DNA of 28,000 bases from Candidatus Proendomicrobium guianensium (lineage in GTDB: Bacteria; Elusimicrobiota; Endomicrobiia; Endomicrobiales; Endomicrobiaceae), in NCBI GenBank assembly GCA_009785775.1, contig WQVR01000001.1, forward strand, positions 1-28,000. The letters are read 5' to 3'. Shown here in pieces: positions 1 through 8,344 of this stretch. Below the pieces are notes generated by a model. It saw only the letters and a program-made list of their open reading frames with translations, did no database searches and had not been told where the DNA came from. The position numbers were made by a program, and so were the translations under genes. Numbering within the stretch: the stretch's first letter is position 1; each line of letters starts with the position of its first letter.

Positions 1-1899
1 GCCTGGCACTTGAAAGAAGCTTTAAAACTTAAAGACAACAAAGTTAAGCGCATAACATTTAACGAAATTACAAAAGACGCGATACAAAATTCAGTTAAAA
101 ATCCCCGCGAGCTTGATATGGGGTTGGTTGACAGTCAACAGGCGCGCCGTATACTAGACCGTATTGTAGGTTATAAACTTTCGCCGCTTCTGTGGAAAAA
201 AGTTAAAGTAGGGTTGTCGGCGGGCAGGGTGCAGTCTGTTGCGGTTATGCTTGTTTGCGACAGGGAAGCGGAAATCCAAGCGTTTATTCCCCAAGAATAT
301 TGGAGCCTTACGGCAAATTTACATAAAGATAAATCTGAGCAAATTTTTGAAGCAGGGCTTGTTTCCAAAGCCGGCGTAAAATTTGAAAAGTTAAGTATTA
401 AAAATAAGCAGGAAGCAGACGAGATATTAAAAGACTTGAAAAGCGCCGCTTATAGCGTAAAAAATGTTGAATCCAAAGAGCGTCGTCGCGCGCCATATCC
501 CCCTTACACCACTTCCACAATGCAGCAAGACGCTTCAAGGCGTATAGGTTTTTTTGCTTCAAAAACAATGCAGGTTGCCCAAAAGCTTTACGAGGGCATC
601 CCCTTAGGCAACGCCGGCGTTACGGGTTTAATTACTTATATGAGAACCGACTCTTTAAATATTGCAAAATATGCCCAAGGAGAAGCTTTAAATTTTATCG
701 CCAAAGAATACGGCGAAGAGTTTAAGCCCGCAAAACCCAGATTTTATAAAGCAAAAGCTAAAGGCGCGCAAGAAGCGCACGAGGCAATACGCCCGACCAG
801 CGTTTCTCATACGCCCGAAAGCGTAAAACAATTTTTAACGGCAGAGCAATTTAAACTTTACAGCCTTATATGGAAGCGCTTTGTGGCAAGCCAAATGACA
901 GAGGCGGTTTTTAATACCGTTGCGGCAGATATTGAGGCGAAAGATTATATTTTCCGCGCCACGGGAAGTACCTTAAAATTCGAAGGTTTTTTAAAAGTGT
1001 ACGCCGTTTATGACGAAGACAAAGAAAAGGAAGCCAAGCTTCCCGAACTTAAAGAAGGCGAAAAACTAAACCTGGACGAACTAAAATCAGATCAGCATTT
1101 TACAGAGCCCCCTGCCCGCTATAATGAGGCAAGCCTTATTAAAACGCTTGAAGAGTACGGCATAGGCCGCCCCTCTACCTATGCCCCTACAATAAAAACA
1201 ATTTTAGACAGGCTTTATGTTCGCTTAGACGGCAAAAAGTTTTTACCTACGCCATTGGGCATAGTGGTTAATAATGTTTTAAAAGATTATTTTAAAAATA
1301 TAGTTAACGTGGAATTTACCGCAAAAATAGAAGAAGAATTAGACGATGTTGCCGAGCAAAAAGCCCCTTGGCAAAATATTATTAAAGAATTTTACACGCC
1401 TTTTAATAAAGATTTAGAACACGCTGAACAAAATATGACGCGCCAAAAGGTTGAAGCCCAAAAAACCGACGAATTATGCCCGAAATGTAATGCGTCTATG
1501 GTAATACGCGACAGCCGCCGCGGACAGTTTATGGCGTGTTCGGCTTACCCTGAATGTAAAACAACTTTTTCTGTAGGCAAAGACGGCAAAAAAATTGAAC
1601 AACCCACACTGTCTGAAAACGAAACCTGCCCTAAATGCTCTAAACAGTTGGTAGTAAAACAAAGCTGGCGCGGACCGTTTATAGCGTGTTCAGGCTACCC
1701 TGATTGCAAAACAACTTTCTCCATAGATAAAGACGGCAATAAGGTTTTAAAGCCCGAACCCGAAGTAACAGATATTAAGTGCGAAAAGTGCGGAAAGCTA
1801 ATGCTTAAGCGCGTAGGCAAACGCGGTCCGTTTATAGCGTGCCCCGGCTTTCCTAAGTGCAGAAATTTAAAAAAATGGACCTCTTCAAAAGAGAGTTAA
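1..1899 (+). CDS. topA: DNA topoisomerase I (type IA), 5'-truncated by the window edge
   Basis: The frame is open from base 1 (AWHLKEAL...), so TTG at 10 is not the real start. Motifs: SAGRVQS, STMQQDAS, LYEG..LITYMRTDS (catalytic Tyr), AQEAHEAIRPT, GIGRPSTY, and three C-terminal C4 zinc ribbons. Confidence 0.97.
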   Translation, partial: AWHLKEALKLKDNKVKRITFNEITKDAIQNSVKNPRELDMGLVDSQQARRILDRIVGYKLSPLLWKKVKVGLSAGRVQSVAVMLVCDREAEIQAFIPQEYWSLTANLHKDKSEQIFEAGLVSKAGVKFEKLSIKNKQEADEILKDLKSAAYSVKNVESKERRRAPYPPYTTSTMQQDASRRIGFFASKTMQVAQKLYEGIPLGNAGVTGLITYMRTDSLNIAKYAQGEALNFIAKEYGEEFKPAKPRFYKAKAKGAQEAHEAIRPTSVSHTPESVKQFLTAEQFKLYSLIWKRFVASQMTEAVFNTVAADIEAKDYIFRATGSTLKFEGFLKVYAVYDEDKEKEAKLPELKEGEKLNLDELKSDQHFTEPPARYNEASLIKTLEEYGIGRPSTYAPTIKTILDRLYVRLDGKKFLPTPLGIVVNNVLKDYFKNIVNVEFTAKIEEELDDVAEQKAPWQNIIKEFYTPFNKDLEHAEQNMTRQKVEAQKTDELCPKCNASMVIRDSRRGQFMACSAYPECKTTFSVGKDGKKIEQPTLSENETCPKCSKQLVVKQSWRGPFIACSGYPDCKTTFSIDKDGNKVLKPEPEVTDIKCEKCGKLMLKRVGKRGPFIACPGFPKCRNLKKWTSSKES

Positions 1900-2753
1900 T
1901 AAATAGGTTCTGCGCTTATCTGGAGGCAGAACGCAACTATTCGCCCAATACCGTGAGTGCTTACTTAAAAGACACGGAAAGCTTCGCTTTTTTTATAAAA
2001 GATTGCGATTTTAAAGATGTTACCCGCGATAGTATAAGAAATTATATAACCCATCTGAAAGACTCGGGGCTTTCAAAAGCAAGCGTGGCGCGCAAGTTTG
2101 CCGTGGTGCGGGCGCTCTATAAATTTCTAATCATTAATAATATTGTTTCCGAAAATCCCCTAAGGGTTATGAGCTACCCGAAAACAGAAAAAAAAGTGCC
2201 GGTTTTTCTTACGGAAAAAGAAGTGTATAATTTGCTTGAAACATCAAACCTTCCTCTCCGCGACCGCGCCATGATAGAACTTTTATATTCGTCAGGGCTT
2301 AGGATAGAAGAACTTGTTTCTTTAAATGTTTCGTCTATAGATTTTATAAGCGGGTTTGTGCGTGTTTTAGGCAAAGGTTCTAAAGAACGCACGGTGCCTG
2401 TTACCGATATTTGCTTAGACGCCATAAATAATTATTTATCATTTAGGCGCGCTCAAGGGTTGCAGGCACTGCCTAAAGACGCGCTTTTTCTAAATAAGTT
2501 TTCAAAGCGCATAGGTTCGCGCGGAGCACGCAAAGTTTTGGGCGGTTGGTTTATAAAAGCGGGCATACTCAAACGCATAAGCCCCCACGCGCTCAGGCAT
2601 TCTTTTGCCACGCACTTGCTAGACCGCGGCGCAGACCTTCGTAGCGTGCAGGAAATGTTAGGCCACAAAAATATTGCCACAACTCAAGTTTATACGCATG
2701 TTACCATAGAAAGTTTAAAAAACGCTTATAAAAAGGCGCACCCCAGAACTTAA
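1875..2753 (+). CDS. xerC: Tyrosine recombinase, XerC/XerD family (topA-linked, so probably XerC)
   Basis: N-terminal ERNYSPNTVSAY SAM-like domain; catalytic residues present: LYSSGLRIEEL, GKG, HALRHSFATH, LGH, TTQVY. ATG 1875 (overlapping the topA end) is preferred over GTG 1857. Confidence 0.88.
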   Translation: MDLFKRELINRFCAYLEAERNYSPNTVSAYLKDTESFAFFIKDCDFKDVTRDSIRNYITHLKDSGLSKASVARKFAVVRALYKFLIINNIVSENPLRVMSYPKTEKKVPVFLTEKEVYNLLETSNLPLRDRAMIELLYSSGLRIEELVSLNVSSIDFISGFVRVLGKGSKERTVPVTDICLDAINNYLSFRRAQGLQALPKDALFLNKFSKRIGSRGARKVLGGWFIKAGILKRISPHALRHSFATHLLDRGADLRSVQEMLGHKNIATTQVYTHVTIESLKNAYKKAHPRT

Positions 2754-2762
2754 AGTATAACT

Positions 2763-3668
2763 ATGAAAGAACAAATAAAACTATTAATGGAAGAAACGGG
2801 CTGCGAGGCAAACGAAGCCGAACTTGCCCTTACCCTTTGCGAAAATGATATAGAGCGTGCCGTAAAAACTATAGGCATGCTTCTTAAGTATATACTTGCC
2901 TTTAAAGCTAAATTGCGCTTTAAAGAGTCTAACCTTTTTGCTTTGGTACATTTGGCGGTTAACGCGAAAACAAGTGAAATATTAAGGTTTTCCTGCGTGG
3001 TTTCTTACAATCCGTTTATGTACGAAACATCTATAGATACCGACTGGTTTTCTTTTGAAAAAACTATTTATTCTTTCAGGCTGGACAAGGGCGCGGCTAC
3101 AGATTATACGCAAGGTATTTTACCAAAACTCAGGGAGTTTCTTACCGTAAAGCTAAAAGAAGTGCCTGTAATAGGGGTGGCAGAAATTAAAGAAATGCTT
3201 GCAGAATTTTTTTCTGCCGCGAGCCTTGAAATAGAAATAACCAGCCAGGAGCTGACCCTTACGCAGTTTAAAAGGTTCGCCGATCAAGACTTTGAAGATG
3301 ATGTGCAGGTAATAAAAGACAATAACGAAGCAAAAGAGGTAAACCTTTTAAGTGAAGTTATAGAAGACCCCGAAGGCACTGCCGTTTCAAAACTTTCCAA
3401 AGGCGATGTTGTGGTTGCCTTAATTACAGATGAGCGCGACATTGCGCATTATTTGTCCCACCTTATGGGCGGCCGTAAAGACGGCAAAGCCGTGCCGCTT
3501 GAGGCTCATATAAAAAAGGTTGTGTTTACAGAAGATGAAGCGGTAATAGAACTTTTTTACGCTTCTTCAATACTTGGCACGGCAAAAGCAGGGCTTTTAA
3601 GTAAAATTAAAGTTGTAACACCCCAAAAAGACAACAATCCGTGGTGGAAAAAAATTATTCCTTGGTGA
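2763..3668 (+). CDS. Hypothetical protein with an N-terminal UBA/EF-Ts-N-like helical module and an aromatic/basic C-terminal tail
   Basis: 301-aa ORF starting 9 nt after xerC. N-terminus IKLLMEETGCEANEAELALTLCENDIERAV resembles a three-helix UBA-like domain; ends NNPWWKKIIPW. Confidence 0.7.
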   Translation: MKEQIKLLMEETGCEANEAELALTLCENDIERAVKTIGMLLKYILAFKAKLRFKESNLFALVHLAVNAKTSEILRFSCVVSYNPFMYETSIDTDWFSFEKTIYSFRLDKGAATDYTQGILPKLREFLTVKLKEVPVIGVAEIKEMLAEFFSAASLEIEITSQELTLTQFKRFADQDFEDDVQVIKDNNEAKEVNLLSEVIEDPEGTAVSKLSKGDVVVALITDERDIAHYLSHLMGGRKDGKAVPLEAHIKKVVFTEDEAVIELFYASSILGTAKAGLLSKIKVVTPQKDNNPWWKKIIPW

Positions 3669-3718
3669 AAAGGGACTTCTGCAGGAACATCTTATAAGAG
3701 GGTGTGAATTCTTTTCAA

Positions 3719-4759
3719 TTATTCAAAAAGTTTTGTAAGGATAATATTTTTTACGTTGGGCACTATGTTACGCTTTGGTAGCGCGAAGGCGGTTTTAATA
3801 AAAAAATCGGCGGTTAAATCTTTAAGGCGGCAAAGTTTTGTGTATCTGTTTGCGTTTGAGGTTGAAACCGAAGTGATGTCTGTTGTGTCGGGAAAAACTA
3901 TAAAAGATTGTATAAACGGCCTGTAAATTTCGTCTTTACTTTTAAAGCCCGAGTCTGCAAGAATTTTTTCTATGCGTTTTGAAGTTTGCTTAAACTGGTT
4001 TTCGCTTTGCTCAAACAGGTTTTTGCGTTTGGCGTTTACACGCTCCACCCCGTCTGAAACTACCTTTAAAGGCTCATTTGCGCTTCCGTAAAGTTTAGAG
4101 TTCGGAAAATACTTTGTTTCAAACAAAAATACGCAAAAAGGCAGGGGGGGTGCAGTAAAAGCTAAAATGTCTATTTCTTGCCCGTTAATAATTTTGTTAA
4201 GCTTGGGTTCATTGGGCGCGCCCATAAAAATTTTTGAAAAACCGGCAATTTTTTTACAGACTTCGTCTTCAAAAAGCCTGCCCGCACCCTTTTCTTCAGA
4301 ATCTACCATGTCGGTCAAAACCGCGTTTTGAAGTTCTAAATCTCTTACTTTTTTTGAAATGTCTTGCGAGCCCGCAAGCGTTTTTTTAATTTTTATTATA
4401 AGTTCTGTTGCGGTAACGGGTTTTGAAATAAAATCTGTAATATATTCTCCGGCTACAGAAGTTACCGCTTCGCCATAAGTTTTTTCCATAGAGCTAAGCA
4501 AAATTACAGGCAAGCTCGGCGCAAATTTTTTAATGTCAGGCAAAATGTCTATGCCTGTTTCACCTATGCCGAAATGAATGTCTAAAATAAGAAGGTCAAG
4601 CGCGTTGGGGTTGTTATAGAGGAACTTTTTTAGTTCTACCGTAGTGGCAAATTGTTTTATGGTTGTGCCCGCCACATTTTTTAAAATGGTTTTTTCAAGG
4701 GAGTTTCGTATTAAAGCGTCATCATCGGTAATGGCAATAATTTTTTGAATTTCAGACAT
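3719..4759 (-). CDS. Orphan response regulator: REC domain + coiled coil + NERD/PD-(D/E)XK nuclease-like domain
   Basis: REC: ITDDD, LILD60IH, LLSS, SKPVT. C-terminal half: GRLFEDEV, QEID197IL, LFE214TK216, NLFEQ, FIQSFIVFP. SD-like AAGGGG 7 nt before the ATG. Confidence 0.8.
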   Translation of the reverse strand: MSEIQKIIAITDDDALIRNSLEKTILKNVAGTTIKQFATTVELKKFLYNNPNALDLLILDIHFGIGETGIDILPDIKKFAPSLPVILLSSMEKTYGEAVTSVAGEYITDFISKPVTATELIIKIKKTLAGSQDISKKVRDLELQNAVLTDMVDSEEKGAGRLFEDEVCKKIAGFSKIFMGAPNEPKLNKIINGQEIDILAFTAPPLPFCVFLFETKYFPNSKLYGSANEPLKVVSDGVERVNAKRKNLFEQSENQFKQTSKRIEKILADSGFKSKDEIYRPFIQSFIVFPDTTDITSVSTSNANRYTKLCRLKDLTADFFIKTAFALPKRNIVPNVKNIILTKLFE

Positions 4760-4810
4760 TTAATACCCCTTAATTTTACTAATGCTATTTTACCTTTTTA
4801 AAAAGAATAA

Positions 4811-4846
4811 TGCTATAATAAATAATCCTTTTTCTAGCTTTAGAGG
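4811..4846 (+). promoter_or_regulatory. Extended -10 promoter (TGcTATAAT) and RBS (AGAGG) for dnaX
   Basis: TGCTATAAT at 4811-4819; AGAGG at 4842-4846, 7 nt before ATG 4854. Confidence 0.6.
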
Positions 4847-4853
4847 TTTAAAA

Positions 4854-6500
4854 ATGTCATATTTAGTGCTTGCAAGGAAGTTTAGACCCGGTATTTTTGA
4901 CGAAGTAATAGGCCAAGAGCATATATCCCAAACATTAAAAAACGCAATTGCAGAGAGCCGCGTGGCGCACGCGTACTTGTTTTCGGGGCCAAGGGGCGTG
5001 GGTAAAACAACCATGGCGCGCGTTTTGGCTAAGTCTTTAAACTGCCAAAAGGGACCCACTTCAAACCCTTGCGGTATTTGCGTTAACTGCCTTGAAATTT
5101 CCAAGTCGGCTTCGGTAGACGTTTTTGAGATAGACGGCGCTTCCAACAACGGCATAGACGAAATACGCGCGCTTCGCGAAAACGTAAAATTTTCTACGGC
5201 AAGTTCAAAGTATAAAATTTATATTATAGACGAAGCCCACCAAATTACCACCCAAGCCTTTAACGCTTTGCTTAAAACACTTGAAGAACCGCCCGAACAC
5301 GTTGTGTTTATACTTGCCACTACCGAACAACACAAAATACCTGTTACAATACTGTCGCGCTGTCAGCGCTACCGCTTTAAACTGCTTAATGCCAAAGAAA
5401 TTTCCGCACAAATTAAATCTATAGCCGTGCAGGAAAACTTTGAAATAGATGAAGATGCTATTGCCGTAATAATCAACGCTTCCGGCGGCAGTATGCGCGA
5501 CGCTTTAAGTTTGCTTGAGCAGGCTGTGTCTTCTTCAGGCGGTAAAGTTTCAGGCGAGTATATAAGAAGCTTGCTAGGGCTGTTACCTCAGGAAATTATA
5601 TCTAAAACAACCCAAAGCCTTGCTTCCGGCGACATATACGAAATTTTAAAAATTGTTAAAACAATTACAGAAGACGGTTATAATGCCCTGCAGTTCGCGC
5701 GCGATTTGCGCGACCATTTAAGACAGTTAATGCTTTACTCCATAAGCCCCGACATCGCTTCAAGCCAAACCGAAGATAAGCAACTTTTAGAAAAACAAAA
5801 AGATTTATTTACCCCTGCGCGCCATGTTCGCTTAAACAACCTTTTATCAAAAGCTTTAGAAGATATGCGCTGGCATGACAGCCCCCGTATTTTGCTTGAA
5901 ATGTATTTAACAAAAATGGCAGAACCCTACTATAATATTGCCGAACTTATAAGCAAAATAGCAGAACTTGAAAGAAAATCGGGCACTATGGAAGATGACT
6001 TTAGCGCTCAAAGCCAAACCGCTCCGGCAGAGTTTGTCGCGGGCATTGCCGCAGAAGCCGCCAGCGCGGATTTGCTTGTGGTGTGGCACGAAATTCTTGC
6101 CGACATTGTAAAAAAGCACCCTTTGTCTTCGCAATCGCTCAAAACGTCGGCTTTTAAAATAACGGGGCCTGCTTCGGTAATGTTTAGCGCTAAAACCAAG
6201 TTCGACTTAGACGGCGTTTTAGAGTTTAAAGAAATAATAGAAAAAATGTTTGAACGCAAAACGGGTATAGCGGTTAGCGTTAAGGCAGAAGTTTCCATTT
6301 CTAATGCCACGCCTCAGGCGGCTCAGGTGGCAGTGAAAGAAGAAATTATTATTGAAGAAGAGTTAAGCGCGGCAACTGCCCCAAAGGCAGAGTATAAAGT
6401 TGAAGAAGACTTAAAAGAAACTGCCAAAACCGCGTTGCCTAAAAAAATTGAAGATATTGCCAAAAAATTCGGCGCAAAAGCAGTAAAAAAAATTGGTTAA
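4854..6500 (+). CDS. dnaX: DNA polymerase III subunit gamma/tau
   Basis: MSYLVLARKFRP, Walker A GPRGVGKTT, Zn motif C..GP...PCG.C..C, IDEAH, LLKTLEEPP, SRC, GSMRDALS. Start moved from 4782 to ATG 4854 because of the RBS and the typical N-terminus. Confidence 0.97.
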   Translation: MSYLVLARKFRPGIFDEVIGQEHISQTLKNAIAESRVAHAYLFSGPRGVGKTTMARVLAKSLNCQKGPTSNPCGICVNCLEISKSASVDVFEIDGASNNGIDEIRALRENVKFSTASSKYKIYIIDEAHQITTQAFNALLKTLEEPPEHVVFILATTEQHKIPVTILSRCQRYRFKLLNAKEISAQIKSIAVQENFEIDEDAIAVIINASGGSMRDALSLLEQAVSSSGGKVSGEYIRSLLGLLPQEIISKTTQSLASGDIYEILKIVKTITEDGYNALQFARDLRDHLRQLMLYSISPDIASSQTEDKQLLEKQKDLFTPARHVRLNNLLSKALEDMRWHDSPRILLEMYLTKMAEPYYNIAELISKIAELERKSGTMEDDFSAQSQTAPAEFVAGIAAEAASADLLVVWHEILADIVKKHPLSSQSLKTSAFKITGPASVMFSAKTKFDLDGVLEFKEIIEKMFERKTGIAVSVKAEVSISNATPQAAQVAVKEEIIIEEELSAATAPKAEYKVEEDLKETAKTALPKKIEDIAKKFGAKAVKKIG

Positions 6501-6572
6501 TACAGGTTATATGGGAGATTTTGCGAAGTGTTTTGTTGTTTTTGAAAATAGCAAAAGGCAAAGCAATAAATT

Positions 6573-7175
6573 ATGAACAGGCCGCAAGCAATAAATAAGA
6601 TGATAGACAGCATAAAGCGTCTTCCCGGCATAGGCCCGAAAATGGCAGAACGTCTAAGCTATCACCTGCTTAAAGTTTCAGATGTTGAGGTAGAACGCCT
6701 TATAAGCGCCATACAAAGCGCGCGCCGACAAATGCAAGTGTGCAGCGTTTGCTTTAATGTGGGCGAACAAGACCCCTGTGTTGTATGCCAAGACTCATCC
6801 CGTGACAAAACTATTCTTGCGGTAGTGGAAACCCCGCAAGACTTGCTTGCGTTAGCAAAAGTTAAAGAGTATACGGGGCTTTACTTTGTTTTAGGCGGCG
6901 CGCTTAACCCTTTAGAAGGTATAGGCCCTGACGATTTACGCATAACAGGTTTGATAAACCGCTTAAAAAATGGTACAATTACCGAAATTATAATTGCTAC
7001 TGATACCGATTCAAAAGGCGAAACCACGGCTTTGTACCTTGCAGAACTTATTAAGCATTTTAATATTAAAGTTACGCGCTTGGGCTATGGGCTTCCCGTT
7101 GGCGGCGATATTGAATATGCCGACGAAGTTACACTATCGCGCGCTATTGCAGGCCGCAGGGTTATAGATACATAG
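6573..7175 (+). CDS. recR: Recombination mediator RecR
   Basis: LPGIGPKMAERL HhH motif, C4 zinc finger CSVC...CVVC, TOPRIM (YFVLGG, IIIATD, GETTA), C-terminal GLPVGGDIEYADEVTL. Confidence 0.97.
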   Translation: MNRPQAINKMIDSIKRLPGIGPKMAERLSYHLLKVSDVEVERLISAIQSARRQMQVCSVCFNVGEQDPCVVCQDSSRDKTILAVVETPQDLLALAKVKEYTGLYFVLGGALNPLEGIGPDDLRITGLINRLKNGTITEIIIATDTDSKGETTALYLAELIKHFNIKVTRLGYGLPVGGDIEYADEVTLSRAIAGRRVIDT

Positions 7176-7259
7176 GGTTGTAAACCCCCGTCGCACCTAA
7201 AAACCCCGCAGGTGGCATAATAAAACAGACATCACTTTTTGGTACTGCCGGCAAAAAGT
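7175..7259. repeat. Degenerate intergenic composite palindrome (REP/MITE-like), copy 1
   Basis: GGGTT-GTA-AACCC (7175-7187), then AAACCCCGCAGG, then ACTTTTTG-N10-CAAAAAGT (7234-7259). Same parts and order as the copy at 18503-18578. Confidence 0.45.
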
Positions 7260-7281
7260 TTTTTTGCGGCTGGTTTTTTTT
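7247..7281 (+). terminator. Putative intrinsic terminator after dnaX-recR
   Basis: GCCG(G)CAAAA...TTTTGCGGC stem at 7247-7270, followed by TGG and 8 T. Confidence 0.55.
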
Positions 7282-7349
7282 AGATAAAAATGTAGACGTA
7301 AAAATATATATTCGGGGTTATTCTCATTTACCTCTAAGGAGAGATTAAA

Positions 7350-7919
7350 ATGATTGAAATTCGTTGGCATGGCCGCGGCGGGCAAGGCGCCAAAACTGCC
7401 GCATTGCTTTTTGCCGAATCTGTGCTTCCCACAGGCAAGCACGTGCAGGCATTTCCGGAGTACGGCCCCGAGAGAATGGGCGCGCCGGTACAGTCTTTTA
7501 ACAGAATCTCTGATAAACCCATAACGCTTCACTCGGCAGCAACCTCACCGACCTATGTTGTAATTTTAGACCCTTCGCTTATGAACTGTGTAAATGTTAC
7601 GGCAGGCCTTGTAAAGGGCGGAAAAATTATTGTTAACTCCACATTTTCGCCTAAAGAAATTGCTGCAAGGCTCGGCATAAACCCTAAACAAGTTTATGTT
7701 GTAGACGCAAGCCATATCGCGCTTAATACCATCAAACTAAACAAACCTAACACCCCTATGCTAGGCGCGCTTATAAAAGTTATGGACCTAGATATTAAAA
7801 GCATTTTAAAAGATACAAAAGAAAAACTGACCGAAAAATTTCGTCATAAGCCGCAGGTTATCGAAGGCAATATGGCTTGCATTAAACGCGCCTACGACGA
7901 AGTTGTAACACATAACTAA
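7350..7919 (+). CDS. porC: Pyruvate/2-oxoacid:ferredoxin oxidoreductase gamma subunit
   Basis: MIEIRWHGRGGQGAKTAA, AFPEYGPERMGAPV, VVILDPSL, NTPMLGA; SD AAGGAG. Confidence 0.93.
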   Translation: MIEIRWHGRGGQGAKTAALLFAESVLPTGKHVQAFPEYGPERMGAPVQSFNRISDKPITLHSAATSPTYVVILDPSLMNCVNVTAGLVKGGKIIVNSTFSPKEIAARLGINPKQVYVVDASHIALNTIKLNKPNTPMLGALIKVMDLDIKSILKDTKEKLTEKFRHKPQVIEGNMACIKRAYDEVVTHN

Positions 7920-7938
7920 AATTTTAAAGGGTATAAAA

Positions 7939-8274
7939 ATGAATAGAGCACAAATAAAGAAAGCAGCATCTTGCCAAGCTCCACTGCGCGCTTCTGAAAT
8001 TGCCCCCGCAGGGTTGGTTGAAGCAGGAACAAGCGTGGAATTTAACACGGGTGACTGGCGCGCTAATCGCCCTAAATGGTTTAAAGAAAAGTGTATACAC
8101 TGCCTTCTCTGCTGGATAGCCTGCCCCGACTCTTCAATACTTCTTAAGGCAGATAAAGTAAAAACCAGCGTTATGACAGGCATAGATTACGGGCACTGCA
8201 AAGGCTGCGGCATTTGCGCTAAAGAATGCCCCGTAAAAGATAAAGCCATAATAATGGAAGAAGAAAAGAAGTAG
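7939..8274 (+). CDS. porD: Pyruvate/2-oxoacid:ferredoxin oxidoreductase delta subunit (2x[4Fe-4S])
   Basis: TGDWRANRP; CIHCLLCWIACP and CKGCGICAKECP ferredoxin motifs. Confidence 0.93.
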   Translation: MNRAQIKKAASCQAPLRASEIAPAGLVEAGTSVEFNTGDWRANRPKWFKEKCIHCLLCWIACPDSSILLKADKVKTSVMTGIDYGHCKGCGICAKECPVKDKAIIMEEEKK

Positions 8275-8344
8275 CGGTTAAGCCGCTTTTAGAAAAATAG
8301 CAACAAAGCAGTTTATTAAAAATAAACATTAAAGGTAAATAAAA

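Noticed and set aside
1875-2753. Integrase of a mobile element
   Set aside because: It has a housekeeping XerC-type sequence in the usual topA-linked context, with no att sites, tRNA or cargo genes.
3669-3718. Possible terminator or Rex-like box (TGTGAATTCTTTTCAA) between convergent genes
   Set aside because: No adequate stem plus U-tract; the right half does not fit Rex, and an operator makes little sense at convergent 3' ends.
4782-4853. ORF-track 24-aa N-terminal extension of DnaX
   Set aside because: It covers the promoter and RBS; the conserved DnaX N-terminus begins at ATG 4854.
6518-6530. 12-mer ATTTTGCGAAGT shared (inverted) with ~12495-12506
   Set aside because: A single short AT-rich match without flanking similarity; compatible with chance.
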